A stretch of 64,000 nt of DNA from contig OX597827.1 in NCBI GenBank assembly GCA_951406725.2, positions 73,408,001-73,472,000 of the forward strand. The letters are read 5' to 3'. Position 1 is the first letter of the stretch, and every line of letters starts with the position of its first letter. Positions 21,818 to 36,226 of this stretch are shown here, in pieces. The translations under genes were made by a program, and so were the position numbers. Under the pieces are notes generated by a model, which was not told the origin of the DNA, ran no database searches, and worked only from the letters and a program-made list of their open reading frames with translations. The DNA is from Octopus vulgaris (Eukaryota).

Positions 21818-22062
21818 CTGAACACATTAATATAAAATATTACATTAGATATCATTAGCTAAAAGTAATAAAGCGCTTGTCTCTAATAGTTTCTAACTTT
21901 AGAATTCTAATTATATCAACAGCATATATTTCATTGCATATCGGAGTTATGATAACATTATAGTTGTCTCTTATGATAAGTAAGAAAGTTATCTACGCCT
22001 AAAAAGATTAAATGATATATAGAGAAATTAATACTATTAGGATAAAATGTATTGAAATTAAC

Positions 22063-22188
22063 CTTGGCAGTTGAATCCGGTGTACCCTGGGTCACATTCA
22101 CCTGGACACGATCCATTGATGTGGTTACATGGTTTGGAACAATGACAAGACTTTTTGCACTGAGGACCAAATGTAAACCTAGAACAGA
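22063..22188 (-). CDS. EGF-like exon type A
   Basis: cactag|...|gttaat, 126 nt. CSRFTFGPQCKKSCHCSKPCNHINGSCPGECDPGYTGFNCQ. Confidence 0.8.
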
Positions 22189-22654
22189 CTAGTGTAATAG
22201 TGGCTACATGTGAATTTCTTGCAGAATAAATTGAAGATAATATTATGTACGTTGTTAACTGAAATCATGAAGAAATACAATGAGATTGGTGTGTCGAACA
22301 CACACATGTTATGCCAATATAACTTCTGCAACTGTTATGTAACGTCAGTGATGTTATTAATTCATTCAATACTTTTGTGTCCATCAAAAGATGTAAAAAA
22401 ATACACACATCTAGATACCGTACTGTCATGAATATATTGACAATAATACTCATATTCTATCATTTTGCGACGTCATTAATAAGACAACTAATATTACAAG
22501 AAATTCTCCTTCAATGTCATAAAATCCTTTTACCTATCTTTTAATAATTCACACGCCTCAATCATAGAATGTGTCTATTTTCAAAATGGTCATATTGATC
22601 CATCGGACAAAGAGTATATATTATAAGCAACATAATGGAATGTTAAATACTCAC

Positions 22655-22778
22655 AAATTTCTGATAATTCGCCATAAGTACAAACATTGTAACAATTTCT
22701 GTTTATATAACATAAGTATCCTTTTATTTGTGGTTTGTGAGAAGTAACAAGACAAATGAAACAAGGGGCTTGATTTAA
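22655..22778 (-). CDS. Candidate upstream Cys-containing exon
   Basis: ctctcag|...|gtgagt, open frame LNQAPCFICLVTSHKPQIKGYLCYINRNCYNVCTYGELSEI ending in phase 1. No homology recognised. Confidence 0.25.
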
Positions 22779-23129
22779 CTGAGAGTATTAGGAGAATTTC
22801 ACATTAAAATGGTAACTGATGAAGAATGCCAAAGATACCCACACACTAAATGAAAGTGTATATGCACGTGTATGTATGTATGCGTGTATGTATGCATCCA
22901 TATACGTATACACAAATGTACGTAGGCTCGACTAAACCCTTCAATGTGTGCCACAGCATGGCCGCATAATGGAAACAAAAATGGTGAACATTGAGGATAT
23001 GCATATATGCATGTATGTATATATTTATGTATATACGCATGTATGTATGTATATATATATCTCTCTCTCTCTATCTATCTATTTATCTTTCTATACCTAT
23101 GCACGCGCGTATGTGTGTGTGTGTATTTA

Positions 23130-23960
23130 TGCACACGTTATCTGGGTTTAGAAAGACATCTAGTAAATCGTTTTTCTACAATGGAACTCGAAGTAAAAAA
23201 TAATATAAAAACAGTCCGTAAATAGCGAGGCAAGAAATTAAAAAAACACATTATTAAAAAACGAATTATTAAATAAACACCAGGACATCAACAGAAAATC
23301 CGAATATCTAAGAATAGAATGGTTCAACCGAAAGTTAAGTGTTTGCAATCCGCCGTGTGTTTCGTAGGAAGAAATTGAATATTCGACTGGCACACTCTGC
23401 AGCCTTCCTGAGGAGGTTCCTGAATAAACAAGTGCAGTGGAAAAACAAAAACGTATATACATTGCTCAATTACCCGATCAATGATGGGAAGATGTTTTGA
23501 GGTTACTATATATACATTTTCCTTCCAACTATACATGCATATATACATTTTCCATCCAACGGACAGAAGTTCCCATCTGGAGAAAAGAATCAAGTACAGA
23601 GCCAAGGTGCAGATAGACAGCTCAAACGAATATAGAACTTGTACAGGGGCTTCTGAAAATTCTTTCAAAATCCGATTTTATTCTCATAGAAATTCTTTCA
23701 GATACACCGAAAATAGGACAAAGACCAGCCTAGCAAAATATGTCTGGGAATTAAAAGAAAACGAAGCCCGACTTTCAACATGACATGGAGAATTTTAAAT
23801 AGAGTTTCACCTTACAGCTCGCTGCGCATGAAAGACCCATCGAATGTGATTTATGCCTGCTGGAAAAATATTATATTTTATTCCAGGACAACAAATCTTT
23901 AAATCAAAGACGCGAACACTTGAAATCCTGCAGACACGCAACTAAATTTAAAATGTCAAC
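23130..23960 (+). mobile_element. Penelope-like GIY-YIG relic
   Basis: IKYRAKVQ..TGASENSFKIRFYSHRNSFR..TSLAKYVWELKE..WRIL..CDLCLLEKYYILF..LNQRRE..CRH. Confidence 0.8.
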
Positions 23961-24709
23961 TAGCAGTATACCATATGGTTAGTGTATATATTTTTTGAAT
24001 CTTGGACTAGTTTTTAATCACACTGTTGGATTTGTTGCTTATAATACATGATTTATTTCGCATCGCAAGGATATTGTATATATTTCGACATATTTCTTAA
24101 GAAAAACCTTCGACTGTTGTATGCATATATTATTTTCTTATTTAATATTCTACTTATATTTTATTTTATTTCATTTTATTGTATTTTATAAACCCACTTT
24201 AATCGTTTAATTTATAGATAATTCGATATAGGGTGTTATATTTTGTATGTCTTTTATCCGAATTTTATTATTATACACAGGCATTTTAAAAAAATGTGCT
24301 TTTTTTATATATAGGTAGGGACCTTGACATGTTTTATGTGGATATTTGTATTGTTGGCATGCATATGTATTCTTATCTATGCCTCTATATATGTGTGTAA
24401 GTAAACTTGTATGTTTATACTTGTGCACATACACATAAGGATGTATATGCATGCATGTATTCACTTATATTTGTGTGGATGTGTATTTACGTGCATATTT
24501 CCATATATTTATATATACACTTTTGTATACATATGAATACGTAATTTTATTTTGTGTACATTCGTTATACATATTAAGCCACCTATCTTTCTTTCTTTCT
24601 TTCTTTTCTATGCTATATTTCTGCTGCTTTCAAATAAAGTATATTACTTTACCTCTGGTATTTGAGTACTCTTTTATACATCCTTGTTTCACATTTATGT
24701 GCTTACTCC

Positions 24710-24753
<44 letters not shown>

Positions 24754-24949
24754 CTTGTATAATATTATTTTAAGTACAGAAACTATAATTCTTGATGAAT
24801 AACTAGTTTCGTTGAACTGTATTCATTAAGATCTCATATTATATATAATCACATAATTTAGTTTTTCTGGATTATCACAAATGTCCGATGAATTTTCGTG
24901 TTACATTCTGAGTAACAGTTGCTGAAGTCTTTTTAAATTAGCACCCCTT

Positions 24950-27650
24950 AGTCAGAGGATCCTATGGGTCTTCCGTTGTCTCCAGCTAGATACCACCACC
25001 CACCCCATTTCCCCAACCCACCCCTGCCGTCCTTTAAACGCACCCGTAACCTACGCGATCTACCAATCCGTAGCACCTTCCCCGCTTCCCTCCCAGCCCC
25101 ACCCAGATGCTTTCCTTACTATAGATCCCGCTGCTACACTTGCCCTTTCATCAGCAACACCACCTCCCTCACTAGATTCAACCAGCAAACCCTCCACATT
25201 AGAAACTCCTCTTGCACTTCTTCAAGTCTTATCTATTGCATTAGAGATAATCTCTGCAATAAACTATACGTTGGTCAGACGGACTGCTGCCTGGCCGACC
25301 GGTTCACGGAACATCTACGAGATGTTCGGCTACGCACGAACATTCCCGTCGCCCGTCATTTCCGTTTGGCCAACCACTTCACCTCTTATATCTCCATTTT
25401 TGGCCTCGCCTTGCACCACAGATCCACACTCTCGACTCCGCCTGGAACAGCGTTACATTTTCAGTCAACAAACATAAACTCCCTTCGTACTCAGCATAAC
25501 CCCCTCCTCTTAACAACTGCCTCTAAACCTTTTTATTTTATTTTATTTTATCTTCTCTCATAACCATTTACTTTTTTGCACTGTTACCTATTTTACGATT
25601 TTTTATTGTTTTTTATCGTTTTTTCCGTCGAATTAAAAAAAATTTATTGTATTATTTTTTATAATTTTTAAAATTTCTATTTCATTAATTTAATTTTGTT
25701 TAAATTTTAATTTTTTTACTTTTTATTCTTTACTTTTTATTTTTTATCTTATATCTGTTATTTTTGAATTTTTTAAAAATTTTTAAATTTTTTCATCTTG
25801 TAACCTTCTCCATTTTTGCCCCTTTTTTACCGACCTTCTTTATCATATTTTATTTTATTTCTATATACACGCACACATACATTCACACACGTACATATGC
25901 ACACACATGCACACATATACGCACGCGCACAGGCATGAACTCACATATACCCCACATATATAACCCACACACACACCATACACATACACACAACACACAT
26001 ACATGCACACATATACACACACACACATGCAGGTACACACACATACACACATATACACACATGCACTTACACACGCACACATGCGCATACACACACACAC
26101 CCACGCACGCATACACGAACGCAAATATAACTCCACACACACAACTCCATGCACATACTCACATATACACACACCCATACACACGCATACATAAGCACAC
26201 ATACGCGCACATACACGCACGCGCACACATACATGAATGCACATGCACCACACATATATATCATACACACACAACATGCACATACAAGCACACAAGCAAT
26301 GTACACATATGCACATACACACACGCACACACACATACACAAACATGCATACAAACATACACGCACACACGTACACACAACTACACGCACATACAGTCAC
26401 ATACAGACACACACATACATACGGACGCGCACACATACAGGAACGCATATACCCCTCCACACGCACAACCCCACGTACATACACAACATATACATACGCA
26501 CACACTCACACGCACGCACACACACACACAGGCACAGGCACACACATACAAACACACGCACATACATATACACACATCACACACAACCCCACGTACACAC
26601 GTACACACATATACACACTCACACAGACACTCATACACATACATACGCACACACATACAAACACACGCACATACATATACACACACCACACACACACAAC
26701 CCCACGTACACACGCACACACATATACACATGCACACACACATATACACACTCACACACACACGCACATACTAATACATACGCACACACACGCACATGAA
26801 CGCACACATACCTCCCATTCACACAACACAATCATACAAACACGCACACGATTACACATACAACGACATGCACACACGACCATACACACGCACACGCACA
26901 CACTCATATACAGGAATGCACATATTACTCCACACACACAAAGCCACGCACATGCATATACACACGAACATACACATACGCACATACACATATGTACACA
27001 CACGCACGCACACACACGCACACACACACACAAGACACACACACATACTAGACACACACACATCATATGCATACACCACACACAAGACACACACACAGCA
27101 TATACATAGACGCACACATACATACACATGCACACAATACTTCAAACTACCTCTCAAACACATGTCTACTGACCATTCCTCTACGCACATGTGAAGAGAC
27201 ACATAACTCCACAAAGGTCCACCACTCCTGTTACCATGCTACTGAATTTTTCCAACTTTAAGAGACAAAGTTCACTCACACATCCACATATAAACATCCA
27301 AGACCACACAAACTCCACACACACACGCATACACACACATACCATTACACCCACACCCACACGCAGACTAGCGCACACGCACATACTAAAAGATACAGAG
27401 TCATACCTCCTTCTCTTACACTCTCCTGTCTTCGAACTGTTTACCGTATTTTCAAAATGTGAATCGATGGCGATTTTTTCCTCCATCTATTGGACTTTCT
27501 AGTCTCCTGTTTCTGAAGAAGAGCTTCGCTCGAAACGTAGAACCACTTTTCTTTCCTTCCCTTGAGCATCTGCTAATACTTTGCATGTATCACTCCTTGC
27601 GTTGTTTTTTTTTCTTTCTTGTGTTTGATCTTCGTGGTTTGGGATTTACT
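24950..27650 (+). mobile_element. Penelope-like element 3' part, second copy
   Basis: ORF 24964-25563 is near-identical to 13223-13822. Hammerhead motif at 27513-27539. Confidence 0.8.
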
Positions 27651-27714
27651 ATATATATATATAGTATATATAGACTATATATATATATATATCAACTATA
27701 TATATATATGGATC

Positions 27715-27754
<40 letters not shown>

Positions 27755-27953
27755 GATCCAAACAAGAAAGCAAAAAAACACAACAACGCGAGGACGTGGA
27801 ACAAATATAGTATTATAGGACGCTCAGGAAAGAAGGAAAGAAGGAGGGTTCAACGTTACGAGCGGAGCTCTCCGTCGGAAACATAGAAGGAAAGATCCAG
27901 AGAAGGGAAGACAAAGGAAAAAAAATCGCCAACGGTACACACGCGGTCACATT

Positions 27954-27998
<45 letters not shown>

Positions 27999-28570
27999 TT
28001 GGGTCATTCCATAAATAATGCGGTTTTTTTTCAATCGCATGAACTAAAAGTTGAAATAGGATGGGATAAACTACCTGCATCAACCTGCTATGAAAGCAGA
28101 TAGTAATTTTCCCTCTTCCTTAATCTTAGTGCAAGTTTTGAAGGGTGAAGCTCGATTTAAACAGTTATTTTTTCAAAGCTATAATGGAAGTGACAAATGA
28201 GCACGTTCGGCATAGTTTGTTTTATTATGAGTTCAACAAAGGCAACAAAGAAACGGAAAGTGCGAGGGATATTAATGCAGTGTTTGGGGATTGGAGAATA
28301 AGTGTAAGCCAGTATCAACGGCGGTTCCAGAAGTTCCGAGCCGGAAACAACAACCTAGAAGACGAGCCACATCTTGGAAGATCTGTAGAGCTCGAGAAAG
28401 ATGTCTTGCAAACTCTGGCGGAACAAAATCCCATCGTAACTGTTGAGGAACTAGTACAGCAGCTTGGTTTTGGTCATTCAAGATGGAAAAGTATTGTAGA
28501 AAATTTTAGATCAAAAAAGTACTTTATCTTAATCTTTTAAAAAATGAGGGTTAAAAACCGCATTATTTAT
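27999..28570 (+). mobile_element. Internally deleted mariner
   Basis: TIR part taaataatgcggtttt / aaaaccgcattattta. HTH region MEVTNEHVRHSLFYYEFNKG..FRAGNNNLEDEPHLGRS fused to C-terminal RWKSIVEN. Confidence 0.8.
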
Positions 28571-28599
28571 TTTCTTTTACTCTCTTACTGTTTTCAGTC

Positions 28600-28930
28600 A
28601 GGGGCTGGGGCCGTACTGAAGCACCGACTTTCACAAGTTTTGGGTCTCCCTTCGGTATTATGCTTGACGGCAAAACGAGTTGGACGGAACTGCAGCGCTT
28701 GATGTTTCCCAGTGGAGAGAAGACACCCGAGAATTGTTTATTTAGTACTTCCCTTATCCTCTTTGGGTCTGCAGTTAACAAATCGACTTCAGATTGTTGA
28801 CCTATCCTGTAGTGCACTGTGGCAGATTCTTTGAATAGTTGGTTTGGAAAAATACCTGCTCAATTCCGTCATATTGTCTGAGAAAATTGTCGGTGTTATC
28901 TTCACGTTATACATTAGAGCTACATTTTTG
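28600..28930 (-). mobile_element. CR1/L2-like LINE fragment
   Basis: YRIG..LLTADPKRIREVLNKQFSGVFS resembles the EN-RT linker of CR1-group ORF2. Confidence 0.45.
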
Positions 28931-30149
28931 GTAAAACAGAATTCTAACCTCCCTCTCTCTTCCTTTCTCTGTATATACATATATATGTAAATATGTGAAG
29001 TATTATCACTGTTAGAAACAGTAATAATGAGGTGGCTAGCAAGACTTCTACATAAACAGTTATAATATTTGAAAAAAGAAGGGTAAAAATACCGCTTGCA
29101 AAAAAATTAAAGTGAAAGCTTAAAAAAAAACCCACCAATTCTGCGATAAATACACACACGAGCAATTTAATGAACATTTTAAAGAATAGGCCTGCCTTCA
29201 GGAGGGAAATTGAAGGTAGTTTTATTACATATTCCAACATCAATTGATTTCATGCTGTGCATGATAAAACATGCCCGGCAACCCTCATTTGAAGGCAGTA
29301 TTAACATCTATTTCTAAAATATTTAAAGTATTTAACATATTTTTCTAAAATATTCATTACGTCAACTCGTGTGCGTTTCTAGCTTTTGGGCAATGAAATG
29401 TTACCGAAGTATTTATCACGAATATAGTAGTTACATTACTACCACCCTTTATCACTATACACCTGTGATAAGTTGTAAGTATGGAAATAGTGGCACTTAT
29501 TCTGTTCCTAACAATTTTGATAAGTCCATTGTTGCCAGGTCATAGTTTCAGATTGTTTCTATATTACGTGTTTTGCACATTTCTTGCGTTATCATATCAA
29601 TACATTAATGCGTGTACCTCTACGGACACAGGAAAACTAGTGATTTATTAATTACTGTCTTCCTGTTTCAGTAGAACTAAATTTGTTTACATATTCCATG
29701 GCTACTGAATACCTGCAACAAATGACGGTGAAAAAAAAATCTAGATTTAAACAATTTAACGTTTCGTCAGATTTTTATCACAACACATGAATGTGAGATG
29801 TGATCACGTGACGAACGCCGCAGTTTTGTGACTTTGTGCAGTATATCCACGTACATTAAGTAAGAATTATATATATGGGTGTGTGTGTGTATGTTTCCGA
29901 ATGATTATGTAACACACACACACGCACGCGCACACATACAGATATATACATAGTCATTACGAGTCAAATATTTCCTGATTTTTTTACGAAGATTCTTGTG
30001 AATGAATGCTTGAAAAGCATAATTGTTATAAACCGGTGTAGTCCTCATTTCCACTCGCACATTATTAAAATACCAGGAAATATTTAGAAAGAGACGAATT
30101 CACAGGCTGAGACATATTTTTAAAAATATAATGTAGACTTAAATTATAC

Positions 30150-30284
30150 CTTGTTGACAATTTTCACCGTCATATCCAGCAGCACACCCATCTGGACATG
30201 TTCCATTTCGTCTGTCGCACTTTTTGTTGTCAACACAGTGACATATATCTTTACAATTTACACCAAATTTATCTCCTTCACATT
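30150..30284 (-). CDS. EGF-like exon type B
   Basis: 135 nt, AG/GT intact. Same peptide as 17941-18075 except GDN>GEN. Confidence 0.88.
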
Positions 30285-30525
30285 CTGAAAATATTGGTAT
30301 AAACAAATTATATTAGATATCATTTACTGAATATAATAAAAGGTATGTCTATAATACTTTTCTACTTCAGAAATATAATTAAGATATTGTATGCCTGTAA
30401 ACAAACATTAAACATTTGTTTCGTTTGACGTAATATGTTATCATAAACAAGATTGAACAGGTAGAGACATTAAATGAAATATAAAACGTAATTTAATAAT
30501 TTTGGAATAAAGTATAGAAAATTAC

Positions 30526-30654
30526 CATCTTGACAGCTGGATCCGCTGTATCCTGCATCACAATCACCTGGACATGATCCATCTACGTGGTCACATGGTC
30601 GGGAACAATGACAATGCTCTTTGCAACTATCACCAAAGCTACCACTGGAACATT
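30526..30654 (-). CDS. EGF-like exon type A
   Basis: 129 nt, AG/GT intact. [43 protein letters not shown]. Confidence 0.88.
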
Positions 30655-30697
30655 CTGAAATAAAGTATTGTTAGAAATGAATCCGGAGTATTCCACC

Positions 30698-30800
<103 letters not shown>

Positions 30801-30936
30801 TATATATACATATATATATATACATACACATATATATATATATATACGTGTATATATATATATATATATAATAAATATATACATATATACATATATATAT
30901 ATATACATATATATATACATACATATATATATATAT

Positions 30937-30967
<31 letters not shown>

Positions 30968-30993
30968 TATATTTATACATTTATATATGTATG

Positions 30994-31026
<33 letters not shown>

Positions 31027-31322
31027 ATACAAGCAATTATGCCCCTACGTGAATTTGCGTGTGCAGGAAGGCAGGTACACACACACATGAACACGTAAAG
31101 TCACTGAAATACATCTATTCACAGATGTATGGATACCTTACCATCCATGCATACATACATACATATTTACTTTTATATGAACACAAGTAAACAGCATACA
31201 CGTATATATATACATATGTATGTGTATATATATATGTATATATATGTATGTATATGTAGATATCGATATGTGTGTGTGTGTTTGTGTGTCTGTGTCTGTG
31301 TGTGTATGTGTGTATGTATATA

Positions 31323-31357
<35 letters not shown>

Positions 31358-31429
31358 CAATATATGTGCATGTATATATATAAATATATATATATGTGTG
31401 TGTTTGTGTATGTATGTATGTATGTATGC

Positions 31430-31985
31430 ATGTCAGGTAACTTTCGAGTGCTACTGGTAACATGTAATCCAGTACAACCTGTTTCACCGTCAGGCCGTCG
31501 GCAATTAAACCGGCAACCCGCCAAGCTTGCTTGGTGAGGAAGGTGTTTACTGGACACCCTGCGGGATGAAAAACAAAACCCGTCAAAGGGCGGAGGAACT
31601 CTTGAGAGTCAACGGCCATCCAATAAATGTCTTAAGGCTGTATCATGCGCGGGGACATAGAAATAATCGGACTGAATACCCGATCGCGCGGTTAAACCAT
31701 TGGGAGTGAAGGACTCCTAGCCTTTGTTAGGGCATCCTTCTAGGAGAAGGTAACTCAGGTAACTGGGATAACTCCGAAATAAAACCTGCGGCTCGGTGGT
31801 TACCGATGATGTTGACTTGTTCTTCTTTTCGGATTATGGCTGATGTTGCTTAGTGAGTGGGATTGAATCAGTGCACAGCCTTACCTCACTTTAAAAAAAA
31901 ATTTTTTTGCACAGGCATTGCACGATAACAACATTGATTATGCTTCGTGCAATGGCCATACTCGATAACGAGGGGGCAGCCACCA
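31430..31985. mobile_element. Unclassified GC-richer interspersed element inside a microsatellite
   Basis: Sharp composition change and no convincing ORF. taggagaaggtaactc resembles RTE 5'UTR motifs. Confidence 0.35.
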
Positions 31986-32643
31986 TTGATGCATATATGC
32001 GTGTATATGATAGAAGAGGCTATATGAAAAGATATTTGCCCTAGGTGCCACGCAGTGGGACTGAACCCGGAACCATGTGGCTGGGAAGTATGCTTCTTAC
32101 CAACTCACCCCACAGCCACTACTGTGCTTATCTATGCGTATGTGTGTGTATGCGTGTGAAAGCGTGTGTGTGTGTGTGTGTGAGTGTATATATTTATGTG
32201 CCTGTGCTTGTTCCCATACAATCGTTTCACAACCGATGTTTATATCTCCCCATAACTTAGCGGCTCGACGAAAGGCTCGATAGAATAAGTACTAGGCTTA
32301 TAAATATTATAAGTCCTGGGGTAAGTTTGTTCCACTGAAGGTGGTGCTTCAGCAAGGCCGCAGTCAGATGATTTGAAACAAGTAAAAGAATATACGACAG
32401 GTGACAGGTCTTTTTCAGTTTCCGTCAACCAAATCTACTTACTAGGCACTGGTTGGCCGGATGCTATAGTAAAAGACATTTTTGCTAGGTGCCACGCAGT
32501 GGGCCTGAACCCGCAACCATATGGTTGTAAAGCAGGCCCATCACCACAGACCCACATCTGAGCCTTCTGCATATATTTAGATATTCTCGTGTTGTTCATC
32601 ATGAAAACAATAACAGATAAAGTAATCAATGAATACATTTGCC

Positions 32644-32727
<84 letters not shown>

Positions 32728-33469
32728 TGTGTGTGTGCGAGATTGTAGATAGTCTCTTGAACTCTTACAAACAGCATCTATTTTACAGTTTTAAGATAAG
32801 AAAAGATTTTTGCATAATGTAGTATTTGATATAGAAAAGAGCGAGATACTTCAGTCTGGAATGTCTTTGTTTATTACTTGTAAGCTTTTCTGGGCTGACT
32901 TACACTTTCTCTCTCTATCTCTCTGTCTCTCTTTTATTTCTCCCCCTCCCCTCACTCTCCATTGCTGCAGCCGTCAGCAATCATGGAACTGGAACTCTAA
33001 ACCAATATCTGACGATTCAGCACTAGTGATGTCAGCAAGTTCTCGGAAGACAAGACCCCCTCAATTAAATAGGGTATAATCTGGAATCTCTAAATAGGAC
33101 AACTAATATTATGGAACTCTTCCAGAATTGTAAGGAACAGTCTATAATTAGCTTGTTACAATAAATATACAACGTCGACAATTAGCTTGTCAAAAGAAAT
33201 AAGACAAATTAAGCTGTTTCCTTTTTTAAAAAATATAGAGTATTAGGATAATACTTGGATAAAACGTAGCAATGAAGAAATAACGTCAGGGATATCCAGA
33301 TACTAAATTAAAGTCTATAAGCCGCTCCAATGCCCCAAACAGCATATATAACGTAATTTTTTCTTTTAGAATTCTCGCGTAAACTGGTTTTGCAAATGGA
33401 GTCAGTATGGAAACATGTTTAACTTATAATTAAAGATGTGTTAAAGTATTTTCCTTGTCTTCTTCTTTT

Positions 33470-33518
<49 letters not shown>

Positions 33519-35117
33519 TATATATATGTGTGTATATATACATACATGCGTATTTTTGTTTACGTTTATATCTATATATGTAAGTGGAGAAAGACTGTAT
33601 TTATGGTTATTAATGGGATTCACCACAATTACTTAATAGACAGCATGAAGCATTCTCTTCATGCAAACATAAGTTCTATTCTACATTTAGGTTCTTCCAC
33701 AGGTCCATATGCAAGCAAATCAACACGCATAATACTTTCTTAACTACATTCATCATTTCAATATACGTGCGTTTTTCCTTGATCTATTTATACATTTACC
33801 TCAACATAAGTATCTTAGAAGTTCCCTAACTGCAATGCTCTTTTTAATTCTTAAGGCATCCATTTCTAGCATTTTACCTCCCTTACTGACCACTGAACTA
33901 AAGTTTATTCTTTCTCACCACGCTGAACCTAGAATTCTTCTATCTACTGAATTACCCTTTAATAGCATAAATGCCTTCCTTCTCCACTTTACCAATACCT
34001 TAACCCCTAACCTCTCACCCGGAATCTACCCTGACGAAGAATAATGCCGCTCTCTTCCCTTTTATCTTTCTCTTACTTGTTCTTTTCTTTTTATTTTCGC
34101 TTTCGCTCTCACTCTTTCTATTTCCAGTACCTATCCTATTCCTTTCTTTTCTCTCTTCTATTCACTCACTCACACCACCACTTTCTCTCAAATCTATCCT
34201 GATGTTTGTCTCCCCCACACTATAAAAACACCATTTTTGTTCTTACAAGATAATCAATTAATCTATTCATTCAATCTGATGACAATATTCCACATACTGC
34301 CTAGATTTATCTGGATTATACTTAAAGGACTATACCTTCATGGAAGTACAGACTAATTTCCATACCTTCTCGAATAAGATGAGCTGTGAACTTTATTCCC
34401 ATGTCTTTCTTCTATATAATGTGAATTCTCTGCCTAGAAATTTCCTACATAAATAACATGTCTCTGATTATGGACCACCCAGTGTGTGAGGTTGACCCAT
34501 CACCTGGTATATACGATGGGCTTTCTTTCAGTTTCCTCCTACCGATCCACTCACAAGTCTTCGGTTGGCCCTAGGTTATATTACAAGACATTTGCCTAAG
34601 ATGCCACGCAGTGTGACTGAATCCACAACCATGGGTTTGGGAAGCAAGCTTCTCACCACAGGGCCAGATCTGCACCTTCCTTATATATTTAGTGTTTCTT
34701 TTCTTGTTCATCATTACAGCCATAATATATAAAGTAATCAACGAATACGTGTATGTGTGTGTGTATGTGTGTGTATGTATCTTTAGAGACTCTCTTGAAC
34801 TCTTACAAACAGCATTTACTTCACATCATATTTTACTGTTTCAAGAAAAGGAGAAATTTATGTATAATGTAGTATTTGATATAGAAAAAGAATGAGATAC
34901 TTATGTCTGGAGTTCTTTCGGGCATAGCTTGTACGCTTTTCTCGAACTGACTTACTCGCTCTCTCTCCCCTCTCTATTCTTGCAGCCGTCAGCAATCATG
35001 AACCTGGACCTCTAAACCAATGTCTGATGATTCCTGATGTTTCTTATGCAAGATACGGCAGCAGTTCTCGTTACCTACAACCGTTTATTTACAGTTTATT
35101 CTGTTATCTCCTAATCT

Positions 35118-36195
35118 CAAAATTTTATCCTTCAGCTACAATGTTTATTTCATCTATAAACAGTGGAAATGATTCGTGTGCCATCAAGTCACACTGCGAT
35201 AGGCTTACGTAACATATGCCAAGGATTAAACCCACTTACAAAACCTGAATGCCTTAGCCACAAAACCCTCATCTGCTAATTGGGCCCTTTTACTGAAAAT
35301 AAACTTTTTGGCAGTTGAATCCGGTGTATTCTGCATTGAAATCACCCGGATACGGTCCTTTACTGTGGTAATATTTTTCGGAACAATGACAAGACATTTT
35401 ATATTAGAGACCAAATGTGTTACTATATCAGGCTAATATTAAGATGATTACGTGGGAATTCCTCTCAGAACATATTTACGATACCATTATGTACATTGTT
35501 TACTGAAAACATGAAGACGTTTAATCAGATTAGCGTGTGGAATACACAAAAATCTATACTAACATAACACCTACAATTGTTATATACTTCATTTCCTTAC
35601 GTCAGTGATGTGTTTAAATCCTTCAATGAAAATAGCTCCATTAATAAATATAAAAACCTAAACACACAACTACAATCTGTATGGTCATAAATATAATGAC
35701 TATAATACAAAATATTCGATCAGTTAATGACATCATATATAGGACAAATAATCTTGTGAGAAATCTTCCATCATTAGAAAATTCTATCGGTTTGTTTCAA
35801 GACTCATAAATTATAATGGTTATTGACAATTTTGTCTTTTTTTCGGCATATTTGGCAGTAGAATTTTTGTTTTGCCCTTATTTTGTAAATTATTTATAAA
35901 TTTAACCTTTAAAGGTATTTTTTGATATGCTGTACCATTGATAAAATGTTTTTCTCAAAAAAATGTTATCCTACATTAGTTATATATATATATAAGGGAG
36001 AATTCACAAGAAAAAACAAAAGACGAAGACATATGGTGTAGACAACAAGCAGATGCAATAGTTTAATGCTCGGGAAGTGAAAAAGCTTTAACGTTTCGAG
36101 CATTCGCTCTTCCACAGAAAGGAACACAGAAAGAAACAAGGAGAGAATAAAGAATGTATAGTGGCTAGCAATCAATCATGGCGAATGCCGGACAG

Positions 36196-36226
<31 letters not shown>

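Noticed and set aside
33230-34040. Possible decayed Penelope ORF on minus (NLCLHE motif)
   Set aside because: Too many stops to support from the sequence alone.
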